A stretch of 64,000 bases of DNA from Eledone cirrhosa (lineage: Eukaryota), in the NCBI GenBank assembly GCA_964016885.1, contig OZ024743.1:375224001-375288000 (forward strand). Direction: 5' to 3'. Shown here piece by piece: positions 42,940-56,742 of the stretch (the first letter of the stretch is position 1; each line of letters opens with the position of its first letter). A model generated the notes under the pieces. That model was not told the DNA's origin and did not search any database. It saw only the letters and a list, made by a program, of their open reading frames with translations. Made by a program: the position numbers and the translations under genes.

Positions 42940-43695
42940 CATCACACCTTGAGGGATTTCTCTATGCAATACAGGAACAAGAACTCCCTACCAAATATAT
43001 GCTGCACAAAAGAGGAGGGCCATCAGCTGACAATAAATGTAGGCTATGTAAAACAAAGATCGAGGATGTAAGCCACATTGTTGCCAGCTGCGAAAGAATG
43101 TCATCTCGCTACTACCTCCCCATGAGACACGATGGGATAGCTAGAACCATCTGGAACGCACTTCGGAAAACAAAATTAACAACAAACGAGGAAGAATATA
43201 TTGAGACAGATGGCACTAAGGAATACTGGTGGAACCTGAAAATAAAAACTGCCACCAAATTAAAGCACAACCGGCCTGATATTGTTGTTTGGGACCACAC
43301 ATTGAAAACGTGTTCTGTTGTGGAGATCAGCTGCCCACTTGATGTAAACGTTGTCATAAAAATACAGAAGAAGGAGGACATCTACGGACCATTGATGAGG
43401 AGTTTACAAATCCAGTATCCAAGATACACCTTTAGCTTCATACCCATCATTATTGGAGCTACGGGTTATATACCAACCCACTTGGACCAAAGTATGACTG
43501 AACTTGGATTTGCGGACAAAGAGCGCAGCTCCCTAATTCATAGTCTACAAATGGCTGCGATAGCTGGCACCTTCAAAATTTGCAAAACATTCTTGCGATT
43601 CAAGGGATGACAATTTCTTTTCTTTTACAACCTTGCCACCGGGAAGGTGGCCGGTCAAAACAATATACTCGAAATTAAGAGAAAGAGATAACATA
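42940..43695 (+). mobile_element. R4/Dong-like non-LTR retrotransposon 3' end (CCHC plus restriction-like endonuclease)
   Basis: ORF 42999-43610: CRLC..EDVSHIVASC, RHD, RPDIVVWD...VEISCP, K...Y, IPIIIGATG. (TACA)n lies near both ends. Confidence 0.85.
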
Positions 43696-44463
43696 TATAT
43701 ATATATATAATACTTACATACATACATACGAGAGTACGTTTGTGAGTGATATTTCCTGTTTCCTTCGATGCGAGAACGTTTTAAATATAATATCCTACAA
43801 AAGCAAAATACTTTCTTTGCATTACTGTGAAGAATTCAATAAATGGAGATAAAATAAAGATTTAAAGTGAACATACCAAATTAAATTCACAACAGTTGAA
43901 TAAGTAAATATAATATATATATATATATATATATATTCTCTATTTTCATTTATATATATGTATATATATATAATAAATATTATATATAAGTATATAAATA
44001 TATAAATGAAAAGAGCATCAATTAATGAAAAAAAATGTTTAGCGGCTTTACGCATATGAAAAGTAGTCATGATATTCTCAACTATATTAATACCGAAAAG
44101 ATTGATATTACGTGATATACTCATTCTATCCGTCTTGTTTAATAACTTCAACTTATGATATTGTTCTTCTAAAATACCACTCAATGAGATTGTGTGTAAA
44201 GAAGTTGCTAAAAGCAAAATGGCTTCTGCTTGTGCTCTCAATATCCGATACGTATAAACATGGCGGCCAGACATACTTTTACAGCCTTTTGACAACAATC
44301 TACTAAACATTAGTGTTTAAATATCTTTTTTAGTACTAAAATAGAAAAACCAAACCAGCCCTTCAGATAGAACAAATGTCATAAAGTTAGTTTCTTTATT
44401 TTATTGCGTATTTATAGAGGAATATCTGTATCTATTTTTAATAATTTAATTTGTAATTTAGTT

Positions 44464-44524
<61 letters not shown>

Positions 44525-44837
44525 TCAACTCTGTTCGCAAATTCTCTTTCATTCCACAATGTGAATGAAGTGTTTTGCGATTTTAAGTTTGAAAGTTTAT
44601 AAAGATTTCCTCAGAAAGTGGTTTCTTTTATTTACACAGACATGTACTATAGGGTATACATTGAATTAATAGAGCAGTTTAGGTGCAGTATTAACGCCTC
44701 GGTATGTGTTCCGGTTCAATGCACACCGAGTTCAAATCCCGCCGAAGTCAACTTTGCTTTGCATCATTTCGAGGTCGATAAATAAAATTCCAATCCAATA
44801 TTGGGATCGATTCTCTCTATATCCCTTTTTATTCTTT

Positions 44838-44916
<79 letters not shown>

Positions 44917-45935
44917 GTTCAGACCTAGAGTGGAATGACTTCCAACAGGTTAAATATGCCCACGCCATGCTGTGTTATGTCGGCGTCCCTATAACTCCAA
45001 CAGGAGTTAATAGTCCTTCATTTTCTCCATAACATTTACTAAATAAATGGACAAATGAGTCATATATAATGGACATTCAAGCCCTCTTATTTACACACTA
45101 CAGCGGGAAGTACAGGTACCGATTTCTAAGTATTTTTAGATAACCCAAAACACGACATTACAGTGGCCGAAATAGCGAAGCACATTCATTAGGATCATCT
45201 GATATTTCAGTAACATTAAACCTGCCAACCTTTAAAAACCCAAACGGGGAGCACCGTGGAAAGAAATGCCCCGAAACGTGGATAAGGGAGGCAAAATAGG
45301 GAGATTTTACATAATGAAAGCTATACCCATTCTCACAAAAGAAGACATCTCTCACTCACCCCAAAGTGGATGGGAGATCCCCCCATCGGACGGGGAGAGA
45401 TGACAGGTCCGGTAACATGAAACATCAACGATGACAAAAAGAAAAAAACATATTTATTGTCAGTGGCACAACTCACTTTAACCGAATTCCACATATTATA
45501 AAATGTAGTTCGCCGACAAATTACGGTATCTCAGTAATAAAATTAGCTACAATAATTGAAAAAATTGGTAAATTTCGTGTTTCGAAGATAAGAATAAAAA
45601 CATTTGGAAAAAAGTTTTAAACTAATTAGATAGATTTTCCTGCAGATTTCTCAAAATACATTGTGAATCAGCAAGATGTATATTTTCACGGCTAAGTTTT
45701 TTGTTTTTTTTTCGATTTGAAGCAGACCGTCATTTCTTCAGTAAAATGTCAAAAATATAGGAAAATATATGATGGGGCATAATTGGGTTGCTATTTTACA
45801 AATTGGAAGAGTTGTTAGAACGTCAGAGTGCTAGGGCTTGTACCATTTATACATGTCATTAAGCGCTTCACTTTACTGCTTCACAGCCGACCGACCACAA
45901 TGTGGTCCGCACATCCCTGGTCGGTTATCCCCATA

Positions 45936-46012
<77 letters not shown>

Positions 46013-46020
<8 letters not shown>

Positions 46021-46463
46021 CGTAGTTAAGAAAGCCACAACAATGCAGAGGGAAATCTCGAGGTAGGAAGTGAATGATAGATAGGAGAAACAGGAGAAAG
46101 TGAAAATTGAGAGAGACAAAGATGAAAACAAAACAAAGGTAGAAGGGTTACCGTAGTGGAGATTTAATCCCAATATTTCGGGCTCACGCCCATCAACGGG
46201 GGAAAGTTCCAAAAGGGGGGGAACAGGCCAAGCGGAGAAAGTTGTGATGTCGTTAAGACAGCAATATTGGGATTAAATCTCCACTACGGTAACCCTTCTA
46301 CCTTTGTTTTGTTTTCATCTTTGTCTCTCTCAATTTTCACTTTCTCCTGTTTCTCCTATCTATCATTCACTTCCTACCTCGAGATTTCCCTCTGCATTGT
46401 TGTGGCTTTCTTAACTACGTATTTTACACATTTCACAATGCTTCAAGCAAACTTTAACACCCT

Positions 46464-46467
<4 letters not shown>
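46013..46467. mobile_element. Family B-related inverted-repeat element
   Basis: Near-perfect inverted arms of about 160 bp (46015-46176 vs 46264-46425). The right arm has an extra tail TGCTTCAAGCAAACTT shared with about 9148-9163. Confidence 0.85.
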
Positions 46468-46505
<38 letters not shown>

Positions 46506-47138
46506 CATTATCGGAGAAAGCTAATAGCGATACTCCGGCCAAATTCCAACTCACTCAACAAACATTAGGAAATAGCTGAGTATATTCCTAATTAAACGTT
46601 CGGGGTGCTAACTAATTGTATTGTGTGGAAAATTGGCTGTATCATTTCATATGAGATATATCAAATATATCAAATATATATATATATCAAATATATCAAA
46701 TATATATATGTATATATATATATATTGTGAAAATAATTGAAGTCAGACTTGCAGCTTGTGTAGAAATAAATTGTTTCAATATCGATCAGCTCTATGTGAT
46801 CAAGGCGATTGAAGCCCGACTCTTCTTCGGCGTATACTCAGATATGTGAGTTTACATGCGAGATCCACATGTTATATATAAACAAATAATTTTAACCTCG
46901 CTGTGAAAACTAAACAAAATGTTTTCTGCACATATTTCATATATGATGAAGGTTTAAGAAATTAATCCGATCTGGCCTCGTTTTTCAGCTCACAAAGTGA
47001 CAAGGCCTGTTGTGGAACCACCATATTTACATTTCACGGGGAGGTTAAAATAGTAAACTAAGTAAAAACGGTGTACCTTACATTTCAACTTATCTAAAAG
47101 ACGCTGTACAGTGTACAATAAATGAATATATATGTATG

Positions 47139-47180
<42 letters not shown>

Positions 47181-47190
47181 AACCAGTAAG

Positions 47191-47284
47191 ACCCCGACAG
47201 CTGAGCTCAAGCCGTTTCGACGGCTAATTCTGGACTAAATGAAAATTTATCCTGGTATTTAAATAGCCGATCTTCTCAAGGGGT
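47191..47284 (-). ncRNA. Type I hammerhead ribozyme, U3-A8 variant
   Basis: ACCCC-TTGAGAA-GA(T)CGGCTA...TAGCCG-TC-GAAA-CGGCT tgagctc AGCTG-TC-GGGGT. Confidence 0.8.
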
Positions 47285-47599
47285 AATTCCATATATGGTC
47301 AAAGTGATTGTCAAAAATCAGTAGTAATTCTGTGGTTGCAAATTAGTAGGGGAGATGGTGGCTAAACCTGCCAGTAGGAGAAAGAGGGGAGGAGGTGGAG
47401 TAGACCCAATCAAGCGTTGGTAGTGCCAGCTACAGCTGGGCATGAGGTCAAAGAAGATACAGGGGAGGGGGTGGGGGAGGAAGTCGGAACGGTAGGTAGA
47501 ACAATGGAGGGTAGAAATAGGAAAGAAAAAATACTGAGAGTGAAGAAAAGCAAATACTGAGAGTGATTTTTGACAATCACTTTGACCATATATGGAATT

Positions 47600-47693
47600 A
47601 CCCCTTGAGAAGATCGGCTATTTAAATACCAGGATAAATTTTCATTTAGTCCAGAATTACCCGTCGAAACGGCTTGAGCTCAGCTGTCGGGGT
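47600..47693 (+). ncRNA. Type I hammerhead ribozyme, U3-A8 variant
   Basis: Stem I 47600-04/47689-93, core TTGAGAA 47605-11, GAAA 47666-69, predicted cleavage after C47688. One mismatch in stem II. Confidence 0.8.
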
Positions 47694-47818
47694 CTTACTG
47701 GTTCCTATTACCCACTCTACTACCTCAAGTATTGAGTACTTTGGTGCGTTATGGTCCACCTGGTTCCTTACCACATTTCCTTCGTTATATATATATATAT
47801 ATATATACATATTTCCAA

Positions 47819-47865
<47 letters not shown>

Positions 47866-47892
47866 CATATATATATATACATATATATATAC

Positions 47893-47923
<31 letters not shown>

Positions 47924-47974
47924 CATATATATACATATATCTATATATATATATATATATACATATATATATAC

Positions 47975-48027
<53 letters not shown>

Positions 48028-48156
48028 CATATATATATACATATATACATATACATATTTATACATATATATATACATATATATACATATATATACACAC
48101 ATATATATACATATATATATATATACATATATATATATTTTTTTTATATATACATA

Positions 48157-48237
<81 letters not shown>

Positions 48238-48387
48238 TATTATCACTGCTGTATCATAGCAGATTGTCGTCAGCTGTGATGCTACATCACTTGCCCACCA
48301 AAACATCTGCTGGCATTACAACATACCATCTGTAAACTCTCGATAAAACAACAAGTTGAAAACATCTTCCCGCTACGCACTCTAGAT

Positions 48388-48885
48388 CCGCGTTTCTCAA
48401 CCTTTTTACCCTTGTGGAACCCATGTCTACATAAAAATTATTATATACCATTATTAGTGAATTGGCAGTATCGGTAGAGGGTCGGACGCCATGCTTTGCC
48501 GTATAGAGTTACGGCCCTTGCCATTCTGAGTTCAAATCCCGCCGAGGTTGACTTTGCCTTTCATCCTTACGGGGTCGATAAAATAAAGTACCAGTAATGC
48601 ACTGGGGTAATTGCTGGCTTTGTGGCTAAAGTAGAAACAATTATTAATATATATGTCTTATATTGACCTAGTTTTAAACAATATAAGAGGTTGCAGCCTT
48701 TCTTAAAATAAACGAGGATCTTCCGACAATATGCCGTAAATGCAGAGTAATAATTACGAATATAAAATTAAACAAAAATTACTTTTAAGAAATACATTAG
48801 TTTATTTATCACTGGTTCTCGCGGAACCCCTAGCGACCTCTTGCGGAATCCTGGGGTTCCGGGTAACACCGGTTGAGAAACGCTG
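48388..48885. mobile_element. hAT (Charlie/Buster-type) MITE
   Basis: TIRs CCGCGTTTCTCAACC / GGTTGAGAAACGCTG and a perfect 8-bp TSD CTCTAGAT (48380-87, 48886-93). Confidence 0.9.
48461..48646 (+). mobile_element. SINE family S1 nested in the hAT MITE
   Basis: Full A/B boxes and tail. Confidence 0.9.
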
Positions 48886-49391
48886 CTCTAGATTATAAAA
48901 AGACTTGCTAACTGAGACGATTTATTTGTCACATACATCTATCATATATCTGTGGGCGTGTGTGTGTAGGTGTGTGTATGTATGTAAGTCTGTGTGTGTG
49001 TGTGTATATGTGTGTGTGAGTGTGAGTGAGTGAATGTGTGTGTATACATATGTGTGTGTATATATATGTGTATGTGTGTATGTGTATGTGCGTGTATGTG
49101 TATGTGCTTGTGTGTAAGTGTGTGTGTGTGTGTACGTGCATGTGTGTGTATGAGTGGGTTCATGTGTGTGTGTGTATGCGCGTGTATGTGTGAGTGTGTG
49201 TTTGTGTGTGTCTGTGAGAGAGAGTGTGAATGTGTGTATATGTGTGTGTCTGTGCGTGTGTGTGTGTGTGTGTGTACGTGTGTGTGTGTGTGTGTGAGTG
49301 TGTGTGTGTGTGTGTGTAGACAGACCAATAGACATATTCGGAGCTATTTCCGGCATTACAACAGTATTATCAGAAGTCAGCCTCTACCTTT

Positions 49392-49568
49392 ATAATTGTT
49401 TCTACTTTTGGCACAAGGCCAGCAATTATCCCAGTACCAACTTTATTTTATTACTGGTATTTTATTTTATCGACCCCGTAAGGATGAAAGGCAAAGTTAA
49501 ACTCGGCGGGATTTGAACTCAGATCATAAAGGGACGTAACTCTTTGCTGCAAAGCATTGCGTCCGACT
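49392..49568 (-). mobile_element. SINE family S1, 5'-truncated
   Basis: Reverse complement of B box, central domain and tail. Confidence 0.85.
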
Positions 49569-49706
49569 ATTCACATATGGCCTTTCCATTATATAATCTA
49601 GATTATCAAATATATATATATATATATATATAAGTGTGTGTGTGTACACATATATATGTGTACATATACATAGACATATACTTAGATGCGGGTGTTTGTG
49701 TGTGTG

Positions 49707-49747
<41 letters not shown>

Positions 49748-49878
49748 GTGTGTGTGTGTGTGTGTGTGTTTGTATATACATATATATGTGCTACATGTAC
49801 ATATATATATATGCATATGTTTGTATATACATATATATGTGCTACATGTACAGATATATATGTATGTGTTTGTGTGTC

Positions 49879-49991
<113 letters not shown>

Positions 49992-50136
49992 AGGCACCGT
50001 TCGAAAGAAATGAGCTTGCACAGTTAGAACCATTTAAGTTACCATGTGCACACTCACATTTACTCTAGGTATCCGGCAGTAAATTTCAAATATTCCATCT
50101 GAACAATGAGGTAAAAATCATACCTGCGTAAATACG

Positions 50137-50173
<37 letters not shown>

Positions 50174-50327
50174 ATAATAATGCATAGAAAAGGCCTTGCG
50201 TGAAATATAATAGCTACGTAGTACAGTAGATATGAGTAATGGATACAAAATACCCCAAGGTCATACCTATAGATCTTTAAATTATGTCCGTATTGACTAA
50301 CGACCAATTGATATACATATATATGGG

Positions 50328-50381
<54 letters not shown>

Positions 50382-51016
50382 CCCCCCCCCGTATATATGT
50401 ATATTAATTATATATATATATATCGAGAAGGAGAGAGTGAGAAAGAGATAGAGAGGGGGGGAGAAAGATGGAGAGAGAGAGCTGGAGACACAGAGAGTGA
50501 TGTGTATATTTGTTGATTTTAGTTGAGCAAAATTGCAAAGTGAACCAAGCTTGAGAGAGAATGTGTGTATTTCTCTGCATATGTTTGTATGTGTGTGAGA
50601 GAGAGACTGTATGTATGTATGAGTGAGAATGAGATATAGTGGAGGGGTGGCTTGATACAAGAGAACTTTTGAACGCCAGAATTTAGGTACGTGAGCAGAC
50701 GGTAAGCTAGAAATAACAACAGAAGAAGATAAATAACAAAATAATAGAGAACCAGATACATTGAAAAGTGGTATGTTAGTGTAGAATGTAGAAACCGGAT
50801 TATATCATTTGTGACGAGCAACAATCCTCTGAAATAGCAGCAATCTAAATATAGCGGCGGCCATTTATATGTGGTGTGCCTGTTCTAGAAACTACCACGC
50901 CTCTCACACAGATCTCTGGCTTAACAAATGCAATAACAGCAAACACATCACAGCTAAGTGAAGCAGAATATTTTATGATGACATAAAAGAATCTGTGATA
51001 TATGTAAGGTAAGGAG

Positions 51017-51111
<95 letters not shown>

Positions 51112-51382
51112 ATAATAATATATATATATATATATAGTAATAATATATATATATATATATATATATAGTAATAATATATATATATATATATATATAGTAA
51201 TAATATATATATATATATATATATATAGTAATAATATATATATATATATATATATATAGTAATAATAATAAATTAGAAGACTAAAATCCAAAGAGGGCTC
51301 GATAAGGATAAATCTATATCAAATATATAAGAACCGTAGAGCAATATTTATTTATATACGCTTATTTAATTATATGTATACA

Positions 51383-51431
<49 letters not shown>

Positions 51432-51454
51432 CTTGCTAAACAAATTCAGAAACG

Positions 51455-51558
<104 letters not shown>

Positions 51559-51794
51559 GTGTATTTGGTGTATACATTCGTAGGCGTGCGGGTACAGGCG
51601 TGGGTTCTGTATGTGCGTGCGGGGTTTTTTTTTTGTGTACGTGCGTGTATTTGTATACCTATGGCGAGTGTTTTCGCGTATGCTTGTGTATGTACGTATA
51701 TGGAAGCGTGTATGTATTTATTTAATTTCAATAACCTCTGTATTTTATTTACTTTATTCTTAACTCTGAAGCCGAGAATCATTTGGTCTCCTAG

Positions 51795-52071
51795 TTAGAA
51801 TTTTAGTCTACGACTTCAGTTATACCATTTACTTGGTTTTGTCTTTGCATGCAATTGTTCTCCCCGCTCCACATAGGACGTATTATCTTCGTTTTTTCCG
51901 TTCATTGCCAGAGAACGTCTCTATGAACCACCTAATAGAATATTAGTCTACGACTTCTTTTATACCATAAACGTGGTTTTGTCTTTACGTGTAATTGTTT
52001 TTCACTGCTCCAAATAATGACGTATTATATTCGTTTTTCCCGTTCTTTGCCAGGGAACGTTTCCACGAACC
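51795..52071 (+). repeat. About 140-bp tandem duplication
   Basis: TAGAAT.TTAGTCTACGACTTC...GAACG..TC.A.GAACCA occurs twice. Confidence 0.8.
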
Positions 52072-52229
52072 AAAGTACCGTCTTCCTGTCTTCCTCCGGT
52101 TGCAACGTTTTTTGAAATTTTCACTTCTGCGTCACAGATTGACTTTGTTAGTTTCAGAAGATCCCGTTAAGGGTGAAAGCAGTGATTCTTTGCTTAAACT
52201 TTAATCTGTTATTTTAATATATATATATA

Positions 52230-55200
52230 TCTATATATATAAAACGGTAGATGTCTGTATGTGTGTGTGTATGATTTGTATGTATTTCCACATTTCTCTA
52301 CCGATTTTGATGAATTTGTTTCCAATGTGCTCCAAATTTACCAGGGCAGGTCAACACGTAATTATTTTTGCCAAAAATGTCCTGCTTCTATGAAAATAAA
52401 ATCGATACAACTAAATACATGCTGTAACCCTCTCTCTTACACGCTTCATTCCTCTCACTACTACCATCAAAAATATATGAAACTACATACATGTTGCAAC
52501 TCTCTTTAAAAGGTTCATATTTTCCTCTACTCCACTCTCAATCTCCTCTGCAACTCTCTTTAAAAGGTTCATCACTCTCTCTACTCCCCCCTCTATCCCC
52601 TCCGTCTACTACCCTATCAACATTACAATTTAGAACGACAAAACTTCTTTTGAAGGAACGCGACACAAACTTTGAAACCTAAGCAACACAACAACCATAG
52701 CTTTACTCTCTCCGTCGCTCTTCCCTCTCTCTACAATAGATTATTCCCCCTCTCTACAGTCATAACGATACTCATACATCAAATATCAAAATTTAAAAAG
52801 CCGATAACACTAAATACATACTGCTCTCTCAACGTTACATTTTACATCAAATAACAAATATTCAAAAGCAACAGATGAATTTATAAAACAACAAACGTAA
52901 CGATAACGACCTCTCTATAATTTAACTGCTTTGCTCTCGCTGTCGCTCTTCACTCCCTATATGACAACACTCCAGAGAAAGAAACAATGTAAATAACAAC
53001 CCGCAAAATAACACTTCATATAACAGATTAATGCTATAGACCTATGAATCGGAATGTAACCCGTGAACCTTTTCCTGGGCAAAATTATTCGAACAGACAT
53101 GACCTCATTGCCAGAGTGTTCAGGCTGAAACTGGCTAAACGCGTGGCTTTAATCAAAAAGGTCAGGTATTTGGGGCTGTAAAATGGGACATGTTCACCGT
53201 CGAATGGCAAAAACGAGGGCTGCCATATGCTCACATTTTGATTTGGTTAGCTGATAAAATCAATTCAAATGCCATAGACAGCTTCATTTCGGCTGAAATC
53301 CCTAACCTAGCAACTGACCAGGAATTACATGCCATCGTCAAAGCTAACATGGTCCGTGTGCGTCGGGTCCTAATGAGCATCACACGTGTCTGAAATGGGG
53401 TTCGTGCAGTAAGGGATACCAAAAAAAATTTGTTGACGAGAATCAGACTGGTGGCAATGGGTACCCCCTGTACAGGTGGAGACGGCCCGAGAACGGTCGC
53501 TTCACCACAACAGTAAAGGGAGGTCAAGTCGACAATAGATTAGTGGTACCTTACTGCCCGCTTCTCTTGAAGATGTTCAACGCCCACATCAACGTTGAGT
53601 TTTGCAACTCCGTCAGGTCTATAAAATACATATGCAAATATGTAAATAAGGGCTCTGATGAGGTCACAGAATACCTGGCGGGGCGGTACATCAGTAGCAA
53701 TGAAGCTTTTTGGCGCCTATTTGGTTTCCCCCTACACCAATGGCACCCCGCCATCGTACAGCTTGCGGTACATTTGGAAAATGGGCAAAGGGTTTACTTT
53801 ACGGACCAAACCGCGGCCAAGCTGGCCGCCGATCCGAAAAAGACCACTCTGACAGGTTTCTTCAAACTTTGCCAGTTCGATACATTTGCGCAAACAATTG
53901 TGTACCCCCAGGTTCCATCCGACTTTATATGGTCGAAAAACACTTGGGTGCTAAGAAAGTCAGGTCAGGCTGTTGAAAGACATCCTGGTGTAAAATTTGA
54001 CAGCTGTCTTGGAAGGGTTTACACTGTGCCCCCAAGTCAGCATGAGTGCTTTCATCTTCACCTTCTTCTGCATGAAGTTGTAGGCCCACAAAGTTTTCAG
54101 GACCTCAAAACTGTTGATGGAGAAATATGTGATACGTACCGGGAAGCCTGCTTTAAGCGTGGTCTTTTGGAAGATGAATCGCAATGGGATTCCACTTTAG
54201 CAGAGGGTGCTTTGTTGAAATCACTTAAAGGTCTACGGGAACTCTTTGCCATTTTGCTTCAAAAGTGTGAATTGGGTGATCCCAAATCTTTATGGGTCAA
54301 GTACAGAGACTTCATGTCTGAGGATTTCCTGCGCCTGGCTCATCTGCAGTATCCTTCAGTGGAAGTTGCTTACAGCGGCATTATCTACAACAGGGCACTC
54401 ATTGATATCGAGGACGCCCTCCCCGACATGGCTGGGAGTGAGTTGGCGACGTATGGCTTGCCGTCAACCGTCACAGATGAAGCTAACACGTTGGCCCCGG
54501 ATTTGTTGCGGGAAACAGCATATGACATCGAATCTCTTTCCCAATACTTAGAGGAAAATGGGCCCAAGCGTCTGTCGGACCAAAGGTTGGCCTATTTAAC
54601 TATCATTGACGCGGTTCAAAATCAGACTGGGGGTATTTACTTTCTCGATGCTCCTGGGGGTACCGGAAAAAACTTTTGTAACAAAATTGATTCCCGCTAA
54701 GATTCGTCAGGAGAAAAAAATTGCGTTGGCCGTTGCATCGTCCGGGATCGCTGCTACTTTGCTGCCGAGAGGCAGGACAGCACTTCAACCTTTAAACTCC
54801 CCTTGGATTTAGTAAAAACTGAGACACCAACATGCAATATCAGCAAGAGCTCACACGAAGCTCTGATTCTCAAAAAATGTTGCCTCATTGTTTGGGATTA
54901 GTGCACAATGGCACACAAGGGTGCCCTTGAGGCATTGGACAGTACCCTGAAAGACATTAGGGATTCTACGGCTCCTATGGGTGGCGTAACCCTTCTGCTA
55001 TCAGGGGATTTTCGGCAAACGCTGCCTGTCATCCCCAAAGGGACAAGAGCTGATGAAGTGCTTGCCTGCCTTAAGTTGTCCACGTTGTAGCCCCAGGTGA
55101 AGACTTTGTACCTGAGCACAAAGTGATAATATGTCTGCAGCATTTGCTCAGAACATTTTAGCACTTGGTGAGGGCAAGGTCCCTGCAGATGACAAGGGCG

Positions 55201-55980
55201 GCATAGCAATTGACTCCCTGTGCAACAGTGTGAGCAGCCCTTCTGACCTTTGGGAGGCAGTTTTTCCTAATGTATCATCTAACTTTAAATACTTAGATTG
55301 GCTCAGCGAAAGAGCCATCCTTGCTCCGAAAAATGCCATGGTTAATTTTATTAACGAGCAGCTGATTGAGAAAATTCCCGGTAAAGAACACATCTTCAAA
55401 TCTATCGACCGGACGTCAGACCCCGACGATATCGTTAATTATCCGGTTGAGTTATTAAATTCCCTTGAGCCTCCGGTGCTCCCACCTCACATTCTTAAGC
55501 TTAGGGTTGGCTGTCTCATTATGCTAATAAGGAACTTGCGCCCACCAAAGCAGTGCAACGGTACTCGCATGGTCATCAAGTCAATGTCGCCCCCACTTGA
55601 TTGAGACAACCATTGTAACGGGGTGCGGGAGAGGGGAGAATGTTTTCATTCCAAGGATGAACCTTTTCCCCTCGGCGTCAGCTATCCCGTTCGATTTCCG
55701 GCGATCCAAATTCCCGATGAGACCATGTTTTGCCATATCCATTAACAAGTCGCAAGGGCAAACATTGTCGGTGGTGGGCATCCATTTGGGGGAGCCATGC
55801 TTCTCCCATGGTCAACTTTATGTTGCCTGTTCCCACGTAGGGAGCAGGAATGCACTTTTTGCTTACACTCCTCAAGGATGACACGCAATATCGTCTACAA
55901 AGAGGTGCTATAGATGTTGGTGCAGGTGTTGGAGGTGTTGGAGCTATGCCGTCTGGAAAACTATTTCCTGCGGTATAGGT
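52230..55980 (+). mobile_element. Helitron, decayed autonomous copy
   Basis: 5' TCTATATATATAAAACGGTAGATGTCTGT terminus followed by the Rep-helicase region. 3' end not identified. Confidence 0.75.
53050..55913 (+). pseudogene. Helitron RepHel (HUH Rep plus Pif1 helicase), multiply frameshifted
   Basis: RHDLIARVFRLK, VEWQKRGLPYAHILIW, IKYICKYVNKG, FLDAPGGTGK, IVWD*CTMAHK, GDFRQTLPV, ILAPKN, CNGTR, INKSQGQTL, SHGQLYVACS. Confidence 0.95.
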
Positions 55981-56342
55981 GCAACAAAAGGGGTCTTAGT
56001 AGAAGTAGCATAGACGTGAGTTTTACGGTGTCAATAACACGGCAACGTACACAGGGCCGGATTTGCGCGTGATGAAAGCACTATGCGTCAATAGGGCGCC
56101 GACAAAAATTTTAAGCTCCTCCTCATTTCCTCAATCACCCGAAAATGGTCCTGCTTAAAAGTAAGTGTTGTGTCCTCTGTTAAATAAACCAAATTTTTAA
56201 CGAAATATCATACGCTACATACGATGTTTAAATAGCGTTTATATTGAAAATGTAAATGGCATGTAATGCCCAAATTTAATTCGTAAATTTCCTCGAGTTT
56301 TAGGGATTTACACAGAGAGACATCCTCTGTTTTATATATATA

Positions 56343-56492
56343 CTAGCAGAATGGCCCGGCGTTGCTCGGGATTTGCTCTAGGGTTCTTATATATTTGACA
56401 TATATTTATCCTTATCGAGCCTCGTGAAATAAATCCGTTTGTTTATATTTTGTTATTGTGTATGCAAAAAAATCTGTTCACGAATATATAAT

Positions 56493-56572
<80 letters not shown>

Positions 56573-56706
56573 CCAGATTAAAGTTTAAGCAAAGAATCGC
56601 TGCTTTCACTCTTAACGGGATCTTCTGAAACTAAAAAAATCAATCTGTTAACGCAGAAGTAAATATTTCGAAAAACGTTACACACTATATATATATATAC
56701 ACACAC

Positions 56707-56742
<36 letters not shown>

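Larger units (their letters stand above)
47178..47786. mobile_element. Family A element, longest copy, with two oppositely oriented hammerheads
   Basis: Arms 47178-47319 and 47564-47708 are inverted. An 80-nt tail is present on the right only. Confidence 0.9.

Noticed and set aside
43822-44310. 162-aa minus ORF in unique AT-rich sequence
   Set aside because: No known motifs, runs into a microsatellite, and all frames from the nearby acceptor hit stops.
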